From NCBI GenBank assembly GCA_964640295.1, contig CAZXFX010000010.1, forward strand, positions 4,360 through 68,359: 64,000 bases of DNA, read 5' to 3'. The notes beneath the pieces were generated by a model that was given only the letters and a program-made list of their open reading frames with translations, made no database searches and was not told where the DNA came from. This stretch comes from an uncultured Dehalococcoidia bacterium (GTDB taxonomy: Bacteria > Chloroflexota > Dehalococcoidia > Lucifugimonadales > UBA1123). This document shows positions 26,652-35,222 of this stretch, piece by piece (position 1 is the first letter of the stretch; each line of letters starts with the position of its first letter). The position numbers were made by a program, and so were the translations under genes.

Positions 26652-27434
26652 ATGAGACTGAGCGGCAAGGCGGCGATAGTGAGCGGCGCGGGCACATACG
26701 GAGGCAGCGGAGTGGGCAACGGGGCGGCGGCGGCAATACTGTTCGCTCGCAACGGCGCAAAAGTCGCCCTGCTCGACACCGTGGGCGAATGGGCGGACGC
26801 CACGGCGCGGATCATACGGGAAGAAGGCGGAGAGGCGATGCCGATAGCCGCCGACGCCACTAACCCGGACGACTGCCAGAGAGCGGTGGCGGCGGCTATC
26901 GAGCGATTCGGAGGTCTGCACATCCTGCACAACAATGTGGGAGGCGGAGGCGAGGGCGGGAACGTCGTCGAAGCCACGGACGAAGACTGGTTTCGCAGCG
27001 CGTCCGTCAATCTGATGAGCATGGTCAATATGTGCCGACACGTCATACCGCGCATGAAGGCGGAGGGCGGCGGCTCCATCATCAACATCTCATCGGTGAC
27101 CGCGCTCAGGCCCAAGCCGGGCAGATCGTCCGCCCAGTACACGGTCAACAAGTCAGCGGTCGTCGGACTCACCCGCGCCCTGGCGCTCGACCACGCAGAG
27201 GACAACATTCGCGTCAACTGCGTCATGCCCGGCCTGATGTGGACGCCGCGCCTGGAGCATGGCTCGCCAGACGCCCGAGAGACGCGCCGCGCCTCTACCC
27301 CGCTCCCCATCGAGGGCCAAAGCTGGGACATAGGCAACGCCGCGCTCTTCCTCGCCAGCGACGAAGCGCGCTTCATAACCGGCGTAACCCTGCCCGTTGA
27401 CGGCGGCTTCCTGCTAACCAGCGCCCCCAACTGA
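26652..27434 (+). CDS. SDR family oxidoreductase
   Basis: 260 aa. GKAAIVSGAG... glycine-rich loop, NNVG, and the Y-x3-K active site in YTVNKSAV. Confidence 0.85.
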   Translation: MRLSGKAAIVSGAGTYGGSGVGNGAAAAILFARNGAKVALLDTVGEWADATARIIREEGGEAMPIAADATNPDDCQRAVAAAIERFGGLHILHNNVGGGGEGGNVVEATDEDWFRSASVNLMSMVNMCRHVIPRMKAEGGGSIINISSVTALRPKPGRSSAQYTVNKSAVVGLTRALALDHAEDNIRVNCVMPGLMWTPRLEHGSPDARETRRASTPLPIEGQSWDIGNAALFLASDEARFITGVTLPVDGGFLLTSAPN

Positions 27435-27552
27435 GCGGCGCTCGCTTCGGATCCCTCGCTGCATACGAATCCTGGTTGCGGAGCGCGCGGAGTTAGGCTA
27501 TCCGCGCAGAATCTGGATAAGTATAATCATCTCAAACAAAATCAGTCAGGAG

Positions 27553-28635
27553 ATGAATGTGTCATCACAATTCTTGAGCAATGAAGAAATCGTTCAGCGA
27601 GCCAGGAAGAATCTGACGCAGGGAGCGTGGGACTATCTGGTGGGAGCGTCCGAGTCGGAAACGACCATGCGACGCAATCGCCTCGCTTTCGACCGCCTGG
27701 CGTTCAGGCCGCGCGTCCTCAGAGACGTATCAGAAGTGAACCCCTCGACGACATTCCTAGGCCAGGATATGCGAATACCGGCGCTGCTCGCCCCTATCGG
27801 GTCGCTTCAGGTATTCAACCCAGAGGGAGGAGCGGCCTCCACCCGCGCGGCGGCGGACTTTGGGATCATGCACGTGGTGAGTTCGGTAACTGAGCCATCC
27901 TTGGAGGAAATCGCCGCCGCCGCCGACCATCCGAAGGTGTTCCAGTTGTACATACACGGCGACTGGGGCTGGATAGAGGAGATGGTGGGACGCATCAAGG
28001 ACGCGGGCTATATTGGATTCTGCGTCACGGTTGACACCGCGCATTACAGCCGGCGCGAACGACCGATGCTCACCCGCTGGACGCCGCCCACGCGACGCGA
28101 GCCTTACGACCGCTCCTACCCCGCCTCGGTAACATGGGATACGGTGGACAAGCTCAAGAGCGTCGTCGGACTGCCCATCATGCTGAAGGGAATAGCGACT
28201 GCCGAAGACGCCAGGATTGCCGTAGACCACGGCGTTGACGTAGTGTGGGTCTCCAATCACGGCGGACGCCAGCTAGACCACGGCCAGGGCACGATGGATA
28301 TGCTTCCGGAAGTCGTAGAAGCCGTTGACGGCAAAGCGGACATCGTGCTGGACGGCGGCGTGCAGCGCGGAGCCGACATCATCAAAGCAGTGGCGCTTGG
28401 CGCGCGCGCGGTGGCGCTCGGCAAGTTGCAAGGATGGGGACTGGCTGCGGACGGTCAGGCCGGAATCGTCCGTATGCTCGAAATACTGGAAGACGAGATA
28501 ACCGTAGCGATGGGACTGATGGGAGTCACTTCCATAGGCCAACTGAATCCATCCTACGTATGCAAGGACGAATCGGTCATAGCCCCGCACGAAATGAGCG
28601 CATGGACGAATATGCCCGGCGACCGCATACTCTAG
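27553..28635 (+). CDS. FMN-dependent alpha-hydroxy-acid dehydrogenase/oxidase (LldD/glycolate oxidase family)
   Basis: 360 aa. VSNHGGRQLD and DGGVQRGADIIKA motifs. Confidence 0.85.
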   Translation: MNVSSQFLSNEEIVQRARKNLTQGAWDYLVGASESETTMRRNRLAFDRLAFRPRVLRDVSEVNPSTTFLGQDMRIPALLAPIGSLQVFNPEGGAASTRAAADFGIMHVVSSVTEPSLEEIAAAADHPKVFQLYIHGDWGWIEEMVGRIKDAGYIGFCVTVDTAHYSRRERPMLTRWTPPTRREPYDRSYPASVTWDTVDKLKSVVGLPIMLKGIATAEDARIAVDHGVDVVWVSNHGGRQLDHGQGTMDMLPEVVEAVDGKADIVLDGGVQRGADIIKAVALGARAVALGKLQGWGLAADGQAGIVRMLEILEDEITVAMGLMGVTSIGQLNPSYVCKDESVIAPHEMSAWTNMPGDRIL

Positions 28636-28677
28636 CCGCGACGACCAACTGATAACTGAATACTAAGGACTGACCCC

Positions 28678-29073
28678 ATGCCATACTCCATCAACCACGT
28701 TCATATCAGGGCGTCCGACCCGCACGCTTCAGCCGCGTGGTACTCCGAACACTTTGGAGCAAAGCTGCTTTCCTCCAGAGAGGTCATGCCCGGCACCATC
28801 ACTGTCAGCATGGACGCGGGCGGCCCCGTAAGGCTCAACATCTCGTCTAAGCCGGAGGGGACGCCTGATTATCCCGCCGTCGCCGAACTCAACAGGCTGG
28901 GACTCGAACACTTCGGCTTCGACGTGGAAGACATCGAAGCGGACATAGCGCGCCTGGAAGCCGCCGGAGTCCGCGTCGTCCTACCCATAACGGAGGTCGC
29001 GGGCGGAACGCGCCTCGCATACATCGAGGGACCGGATGACGTTCTGATAGAACTGGTGCAGCCCGCCCGCTGA
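28678..29073 (+). CDS. VOC (glyoxalase/dioxygenase) family protein
   Basis: 131 aa. INHVHIRASD...FY-type N-terminus and LEHFGFDVEDIEA second module. Confidence 0.8.
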   Translation: MPYSINHVHIRASDPHASAAWYSEHFGAKLLSSREVMPGTITVSMDAGGPVRLNISSKPEGTPDYPAVAELNRLGLEHFGFDVEDIEADIARLEAAGVRVVLPITEVAGGTRLAYIEGPDDVLIELVQPAR

Positions 29074-29138
29074 GGCGCGCCTGAAAGATACGAGAGAACC
29101 CGGAAAGAGCGGCGGCTCGTATCCAGCGAGGAAACTAC

Positions 29139-29708
29139 ATGGGAATCTTCAGCTCGATATTCGGACACGCCGAAGTCAGGGCTCCGACGAAAGAAGATTT
29201 CTTCTCGATCATCGGAGCCGCCCGTGTCTTGGAAACCAGATCGGAATTGCGCTTGACCCGCATGGCCGGACTTCTCGTCAACCCGGTCGAAGCGTCTTAC
29301 TTCGACAAACTGGACGCAGAACTCAGAAGGTTGCTTGACCTGAACGGAGCGGCGACAGGAACCCGGTTCGAGATACGAGACGACGAATTCGATACCCGCT
29401 GGATCGTACTGGACGAACCGGACTTGGAGAGACTGACAAGCCTGATACATAACGCGGCTGAAACGATCATCGAGCGCGGTTTCGCCGACCGTCTTCTCGC
29501 CGCCGCTTTCCTGTTCCACTACCGGGGCCGTCCCGCCTACTGGCTCTACGACTATAAGCTGCAACGCTTCTACCCATTCATGCCGACCGACAGCCGCAAG
29601 CGCGACTGCTCAGCCGAAATGCGACTGCTCGAAACCATGCGCGACGAGAAGATGCCCGTAGCGCGCAGGCAGGAACAGCGTCGCCCCCTGTGGGGAATAC
29701 CGTTCTGA
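29139..29708 (+). CDS. hypothetical protein
   Basis: 189 aa clean ORF with backbone-like composition. No motif recognised. Confidence 0.5.
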   Translation: MGIFSSIFGHAEVRAPTKEDFFSIIGAARVLETRSELRLTRMAGLLVNPVEASYFDKLDAELRRLLDLNGAATGTRFEIRDDEFDTRWIVLDEPDLERLTSLIHNAAETIIERGFADRLLAAAFLFHYRGRPAYWLYDYKLQRFYPFMPTDSRKRDCSAEMRLLETMRDEKMPVARRQEQRRPLWGIPF

Positions 29709-29737
29709 AGCCTCGACAGTCCTCTTGCCCCAGTCAC

Positions 29738-29913
29738 ATGGTTAGGAACACAATATCCACATGGCTTGGGGAAGTCGAATATACGGATGAATTCGAGGAC
29801 TGGTTCCTTGAACTATCACAAAGTCAACAGCGCTCCGTAAAGTGTACGTGCCGATATCCGACGACCTGTATGACATATATCTAAAAGAACTTGACAATGA
29901 GGGGTTGATATAA
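29738..29913 (+). pseudogene. remnant of a RelE/HigB-like toxin gene (internal deletion plus frameshift)
   Basis: Frame 1 gives the N-terminal piece WLGEVEYTDEFEDWFLELSQSQQRSV. A second frame gives the C-terminal piece RKVYVPISDDLYDIYLKELDNEGLI, ending in a TAA that overlaps the next ATG (TAATG at 29911-29915). Only ~58 codons remain, where the full-length toxins I recall from this family are roughly 110 aa. Confidence 0.45.
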
Positions 29914-30230
29914 TGAGCGGGCATCATCCAATCAGTAAATTGTTTGAAAAACTGACACAGGAAGACCGCCGGATCATAGAGGAAGTGAAATCGGAATTAC
30001 TCGCTGATATAGAACGGCGTGAGGCCCAAGTAAACGGCTACGCCGAGCAAGAAGACATACCTGAACCGTCCGAAGAGACAGCCAGCCCCAACAACCCGCT
30101 AAACAGTAGCCGCCTCTACCTCGGCGGCAGCGACAGCCCCTCGATGAACTCCAGATTCCCCAGTTTCTCGAGTTCCGCCGGAGCCATCTTCAGCTTGAAC
30201 GAGCGGCTGCCCCCGCCCAGTATCACGTAA
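29913..30230 (+). pseudogene. probable antitoxin remnant (lacks HTH); ORF runs into the convergent ybaK-like gene
   Basis: The N-terminal ~35 aa (ISKLFEKLTQEDRRIIEEVKSELLADIE) resemble the leader of HigA-like antitoxins. The remainder is low-complexity and overlaps 30116..30616 on the other strand. Confidence 0.25.
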
Positions 30231-30616
30231 TCCAGGTCGCGCAGTTTCGCGTCCGCGTAGATGGGCAGGTCGTCCGGCAGTCCGAAGGGCGTCACCCCGC
30301 CTATCATCATGCCTGTAAGTTCCATCGTCTCGTCCGCGCTGGCGAACGACGCGCGAGACACCTCCATCAACCTCTTTACTCGCTTATTCACGTCCAGCCT
30401 GTCCGTCGCCGCCACGATGCACACGCAATACTTCTTGGCGCCTCGCTTGGACGCGACCACGATAGTGTTCCCCGACTTCTCCAGCGGAAACCCGTACTCT
30501 TCGCAGAACTGCGCCGTGTCCGCGAAGTCAGGGTCTATCTCGAACATCTCGTACTCCGCGCCCGCGGACTCCAGCCTGGACTTCACTTCCTGCTCAATGC
30601 CGTCTGATACAGTCAT
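30116..30616 (-). CDS. YbaK/ProX-type aminoacyl-tRNA deacylase domain protein
   Basis: 166 aa. GGVTPFGLP and VILGGGSR segments are typical of the YbaK/EbsC family. Confidence 0.8.
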   Translation of the reverse strand: MTVSDGIEQEVKSRLESAGAEYEMFEIDPDFADTAQFCEEYGFPLEKSGNTIVVASKRGAKKYCVCIVAATDRLDVNKRVKRLMEVSRASFASADETMELTGMMIGGVTPFGLPDDLPIYADAKLRDLDYVILGGGSRSFKLKMAPAELEKLGNLEFIEGLSLPPR

Positions 30617-30626
30617 TCTCTATCCC

Positions 30627-31091
30627 TCACTTCAATTTCTCGATTATGCCGCGTCCGCATCTCAGCGAATCCACCTGAACCCTTCGGCCCCTGAAGCTAA
30701 TCCAGTTAGCGCGTTTTAGCAATTCCTCTCGTTCTTTCCTGTGAAACTTTCCGCCATAGACCGCAAGCGGAACAAAATTCACATCCACGTCTCGAGGAAC
30801 AATTCGCTCCACGAATCGCGCCCCGGCCCTCAACTGCTCTACTACATAACTCGCGTCGAGGTCACCCCTCTTCAACTCCATCGCCACCACCCGGTCGCCA
30901 TCGTCACTGACGAATATGAAGTCGCACCTTCTGTCCTGTCGCCCGATTCCCAGCCCGCGGCAATCCATGTTTATCAAGACGCGGTCTCCCTGGACGCCAT
31001 CCATATTGACCGAACATCCCCGCGCTCTGCACCTCGTCGCCAGACATCTCTCCGCCACCGCCAAGCGAACCGCTTCAACAAGTCCCGCCAT
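30627..31091 (-). CDS. small PD-(D/E)xK-like (restriction-endonuclease-fold) protein, partner of the upstream ATPase
   Basis: 154 aa. CDFIFVSDDGDRVVAMELKRG fits a D...(D/E)xK core. Cys-rich N-terminus. Start overlaps the ATPase stop (TAATG). Confidence 0.55.
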   Translation of the reverse strand: MAGLVEAVRLAVAERCLATRCRARGCSVNMDGVQGDRVLINMDCRGLGIGRQDRRCDFIFVSDDGDRVVAMELKRGDLDASYVVEQLRAGARFVERIVPRDVDVNFVPLAVYGGKFHRKEREELLKRANWISFRGRRVQVDSLRCGRGIIEKLK

Positions 31092-32632
31092 TAAACCTCG
31101 CTCCGCTCTAAGCGGTTAGAAATGGAGGCATAATCATTGTAGGTTCCCATAGACACCTCATCGAACCCCGACCTGAACCCACCAAATTCCTCATCGAACG
31201 CGATCTCCTTCACAACCGACCCGCGCGGCCTTTGTTTTGGCTCGAAGAGCCACACCCCCAACTGCTCTGGCGTCAGAGCGTAATCCGCCCCCCCGATGCC
31301 CTCGCGCCGCGACATCGGCAGCCCCGACACCCTCACCAAGTTAGCAAGCTCATCCAACACCCACTCACTATGCGTCGTGATTATCACCCGGACACCCGCG
31401 CGTACCACCGCAGCCAACTGCCGTGTGAACTCGACCTGCATCGCCGGGTGAAGGTGCGACTCCGGCTCCTCGATGATCAGGGTCTCCCCCGGCTGAACCA
31501 CGTGTCGCAGGTAAAGCACAACCGGAGCCAACTCCGACACCATCGAAGACGTGTTCATCAGCGGAACATCTTCCTTCCAACCTTCAGGCCTGTAATAGAA
31601 CATCGGGTAGCCCGTGATCGAATTTTCAAAACGCACAGAACCTTTCAGTATTTTTCGTTCGATTCGCGCAGGAAGTCCAGCCTCGTTATCTAAACTTCCG
31701 CCCCGAGTATTTGTCCTGATGTCCAGTTCAGTAAGCTGGCGCAAGAAATCCGCGATAACTCCGGAAAGAAGTGGTAAAGATTCTTCGCGTTGGATCCTCG
31801 AATACGAAGCGCGTTGGATCAATGAGCCTACTGCCAGCCTATGCGCGTGCATTACGCCAGCGCGGTCAGACGGGAGATAATGCGCCGGCTGATTTAGTGG
31901 GTATCGAATGTAGGATTCAACAAGCCTTACGAGATCTTCCAAGAGGAAGAGAATTTCCACTTTCTGGTCTTCTCCAAATTCTGTATGGCTCAAAGCATAT
32001 CTGACATACCGTGTGCGCTCCCTGAGATTTTCAATTTCCTCTTTGTCAATCTCTCCAAGGAATAGCGGCATACTATCAGGAATGGAAACGACGAACTCGT
32101 CCCCTTTCCGCGTTATCATATATCGGTATTCGAAAGATGTTATCTCAGTTTGGTACGAGAGTTGAGGTTTGATTGAGATATGGGCGCCATTCTTGCTGGA
32201 ATAACGGATTAGCTTGTCTGTATCCGCTATTCCGAATCCTCGAGCTATCTCACTATTCAGCCAGGCGCCGAAAGACTCTATTCTGATAAGAAATGGCCTG
32301 ATGCTAGTGCTTATAGAATCTGGGATTGGCGTATGAGCGCCTTCAGGAGAAACGCCTCTAGTCTCGAATTGCGAATGTAGAGTATCTATCCAGTGAATGA
32401 ACTCGCTTATACGTCCATCAGACATATCGGGGTCGGGAATTGAACCAATCACTCTAGTATCGTAGATACGTCGGTGAAAAAATTTGTGCAGAGCGTAGAT
32501 CAAAATCGCCAGATACGACTTCCCCGTGTTGCTTGGCCCGACGAACACGGTCAGCGGACGCAGGTCTATATCAGCCCTGGCGATGGGACCAAAATTCTTG
32601 ACGCTCAGCTCAAGATTCTTACGCTCAACCAA
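31091..32632 (-). CDS. ABC-type AAA ATPase (AAA_15/AAA_21-like, defence-associated class)
   Basis: 513 aa, TTG start. Walker A GPSNTGKS, long helical insert, YLPSDRAG, Walker B LIIEEPESHLHP, H-loop ITTHSEW. No fused nuclease domain. Confidence 0.8.
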   Translation of the reverse strand: MVERKNLELSVKNFGPIARADIDLRPLTVFVGPSNTGKSYLAILIYALHKFFHRRIYDTRVIGSIPDPDMSDGRISEFIHWIDTLHSQFETRGVSPEGAHTPIPDSISTSIRPFLIRIESFGAWLNSEIARGFGIADTDKLIRYSSKNGAHISIKPQLSYQTEITSFEYRYMITRKGDEFVVSIPDSMPLFLGEIDKEEIENLRERTRYVRYALSHTEFGEDQKVEILFLLEDLVRLVESYIRYPLNQPAHYLPSDRAGVMHAHRLAVGSLIQRASYSRIQREESLPLLSGVIADFLRQLTELDIRTNTRGGSLDNEAGLPARIERKILKGSVRFENSITGYPMFYYRPEGWKEDVPLMNTSSMVSELAPVVLYLRHVVQPGETLIIEEPESHLHPAMQVEFTRQLAAVVRAGVRVIITTHSEWVLDELANLVRVSGLPMSRREGIGGADYALTPEQLGVWLFEPKQRPRGSVVKEIAFDEEFGGFRSGFDEVSMGTYNDYASISNRLERSEV

Positions 32633-32660
32633 AATTTGCAGTCCTATTCACTCAGACAAT

Positions 32661-32885
32661 CTATATATCCACCAAACGTTCCTCAGATAGTCGCACATAC
32701 TCTTCATTAGTGTCTATACCGACATGTCGCCTGCCAAGAGACAGCGCGGCCACAGTCGTCGTGCCTGAGCCAACGAATGGGTCCAGAACTGCATCCCCTG
32801 GCTGTGTGAATAGCTTGATGAACCAAGTCGGAAGCGGAAGCGGAAACACCGCGCTATGCTTCTTGTTTGAGGACTCTGTCTTCAT
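32661..32885 (-). pseudogene. 5'-truncated DNA (N4/N6) methyltransferase fragment
   Basis: Only the C-terminal ~70 aa remain: HSAVFPLPLP...VLDPFVGSGTTTVAALSLGRRHVGID (AdoMet motif I). There is an in-frame stop ~14 codons upstream, and no DPPY-type motif is encoded upstream. Confidence 0.7.
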
Positions 32886-33163
32886 GTGGATGACATTATT
32901 CGGATACGCTAAATCTCGCCCTACCTAATTGGATTGGGAACTCTGATTTTTGAGGACCGGCATTCTAGCGGACCGCGCCGTCGGTAACGCAACACCTCGC
33001 GCAAGGCTACACTCTCGTTGCGCGCCCGGTGGATAGAACCGGATGCGCCGCTCTCCCAACGCTTCCCGACAGGTTCGCGTTGTTGTCCACAAGCCTTCGT
33101 CTGTAAGATAATAGCTGATGGCGGCGGCGCCAGATTCAAAACATTGTGAGAAGAGATACCAAT

Positions 33164-33457
33164 ATGCGACGAGACCAAGCCCTTAGAATACTCACCCAGC
33201 ACAAGGACGAACTCCGCGAGATGTTCGGGGTGACGTCCATCGCCATCTTCGGCTCCACCGCCCGTGACGAGGCAAGACCCGACAGCGACGTGGATACACT
33301 GATAGAGATAGAACGTCCCGCCGGGTTCTTCGAGGTCGCGAGAGTGAAGTTCTACCTAGAAGACTTGCTAGACACGAAAGTTGATCTTGCGACCCCGGGC
33401 GCACTGAGAGCCCCGATTCGCAAACGGATATACGAGGACCTGATCTATGTGCGATGA
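33164..33457 (+). CDS. mntA: nucleotidyltransferase, MNT-type antitoxin
   Basis: GSTARDEARPDSDVD motif. Overlaps the downstream HepT gene by 11 nt. The ORF track starts at GTG 33146. Confidence 0.85.
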   Translation: MRRDQALRILTQHKDELREMFGVTSIAIFGSTARDEARPDSDVDTLIEIERPAGFFEVARVKFYLEDLLDTKVDLATPGALRAPIRKRIYEDLIYVR

Positions 33458-33815
33458 CAGACGCGACTGGCGCCTACGCCTGAGCGACATCCGAGACTCG
33501 GCGGAGAAAATCCTCCGATACGTACATGAAATGGATTTCGACACGTTTAGCCAAGATCAGCGAACCATTGACGCCGTAGTGCGGAACTTCGAGATCATCG
33601 GAGAGGCTGCCAGACACGTCCCGGACGAGTTCAAGAGCGCTCATCCACACATATCTTGGCGAGAGATGAACGATATGAGAAACACGCTCATCCATGCGTA
33701 TTTTGGCGTTGATGTAGCTATTGTATGGGGTACGATAGTCAATAACCTGCCGCCCCTGCTTTCATCAATCCGCGAGCTAGTTGAATCTCATCCATATACG
33801 ACCGACCAAAATTAG
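33447..33815 (+). CDS. hepT: HepT (DUF86, HEPN) toxin
   Basis: 122 aa. R-x4-H motif in MRNTLIHAYFGVD. Confidence 0.85.
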   Translation: MCDDRRDWRLRLSDIRDSAEKILRYVHEMDFDTFSQDQRTIDAVVRNFEIIGEAARHVPDEFKSAHPHISWREMNDMRNTLIHAYFGVDVAIVWGTIVNNLPPLLSSIRELVESHPYTTDQN

Positions 33816-33830
33816 GAGACCCAAGCCCAA

Positions 33831-35144
33831 ATGCCCTTCGACAACATTGAACTCTTCCCCTACTCAGCCGACATAAATGACCGCGACCGACTCTCCATAG
33901 GCGGCTGCGACGCGGTCGAACTCACCGAGGAGTTCGGAACCCCGCTACTCGTCTTCGACGACGCCACTCTGCGCGGTATGTGCCGCCAGTTCGTCGAAGC
34001 CTTCGGCTCGCGGTACACGAACAGCCAAGTCCTCTACGCGTCCAAGGCGTTCGTGAACGCCGGTATCGCCAGGATAGTGGCGGAAGAGGGACTCGGACTG
34101 GACGTCGTGTCGGGCGGTGAACTAGCCGTGGCTGTCGCCGCCGGCTCAGACATGAGCAAGGTCTATTTCCACGGCAACAACAAGACGCCCTTGGAACTGG
34201 AATACGCGCTCAGCGTCGGTTGCGGTCGCATAGTAGTGGACAGTTTCTACGAACTCAATCTGCTCAACGAGATCGCCGCCCAGCGCAGCATCATACAACC
34301 CATCCTGCTCAGACTGTCGCCCAGCGTTGACCCGCACACCCACGCCCACACCACGACAGGCATACTGGACAGCAAGTTCGGCTTCTCGATAGAGACAGGC
34401 GACTCCACTCACGCCATCCGCCAGGCGCTCGCCGCCTCCAACCTCGACCTGCTCGGACTACACTTCCACCTCGGCTCGCCCATATTCGAGCTTGAGCCAT
34501 ACGCCATAGCCATAGACACCGTTCTCACATACCTGTCCCAGTTCAAGGACGAGGGCCTAGATATGAGAGAGTTCAGCCCAGGCGGCGGATTCGCCATCGG
34601 CTACGTGCGAGACCAACTTCCGCCCGCCGTCGAGGACTACGCGGAAGTGATCGTCTCCGCGTTCACCCGCCGCTGCGAAGACCTCGGGTTCGGCCATCCC
34701 ACGCTACTCCTCGAACCGGGTCGCTCCATTGTCGGCAGAGCCGGCGTCGCCCTCTACACCGTCGGCGCGATAAAGCAGATTCCCACCGTCCGCAAGTACG
34801 TCTCGCTGGACGGCGGCATGGGCGACAACATCAGGCCCGCGCTCTACGGCTCAGAGTACGAGGCAGTTCTCGCCTCCAGGATGTCAGCCAAGCCAAGCGA
34901 ACTCGTCACGCTCGCCGGCAAATACTGCGAGTCCGGCGACGTCCTCGTCCGCGACATAGAGATGCCCGCGCTCGAATCCGGCGACATCATCGCCGTACCG
35001 TCGTCCGGCGCCTACGCCCCCTCGATGGCCAGCAACTACAATCTGAATGGACGTCCCCCCATCGTGGTGGTCGCCGACGGCGAAGCCAGCCTCATTCGCC
35101 GCCGCGAATCATTCGAGGATATGATGGCGCTGGACGTAGTGTGA
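33831..35144 (+). CDS. lysA: diaminopimelate decarboxylase
   Basis: 437 aa. PLP-Lys region YASKAF, EPGRSIVG, CESGD. Confidence 0.9.
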   Translation: MPFDNIELFPYSADINDRDRLSIGGCDAVELTEEFGTPLLVFDDATLRGMCRQFVEAFGSRYTNSQVLYASKAFVNAGIARIVAEEGLGLDVVSGGELAVAVAAGSDMSKVYFHGNNKTPLELEYALSVGCGRIVVDSFYELNLLNEIAAQRSIIQPILLRLSPSVDPHTHAHTTTGILDSKFGFSIETGDSTHAIRQALAASNLDLLGLHFHLGSPIFELEPYAIAIDTVLTYLSQFKDEGLDMREFSPGGGFAIGYVRDQLPPAVEDYAEVIVSAFTRRCEDLGFGHPTLLLEPGRSIVGRAGVALYTVGAIKQIPTVRKYVSLDGGMGDNIRPALYGSEYEAVLASRMSAKPSELVTLAGKYCESGDVLVRDIEMPALESGDIIAVPSSGAYAPSMASNYNLNGRPPIVVVADGEASLIRRRESFEDMMALDVV

Positions 35145-35222
35145 GGTAACGGTGACGACCGAACGCTGATCCATTATGATCTGAATCAGCGTCTGATGAA
35201 ATCCGCTATTCGGAGTTAGAAC

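Noticed and set aside
32921-33202. 93-aa minus-strand ORF between the methylase fragment and the MNT gene.
   Set aside because: It has no motifs, it overlaps the MNT start region, and its composition is inconsistent with the neighbouring genes. It is most likely non-coding DNA left by the deletion that truncated the methylase.
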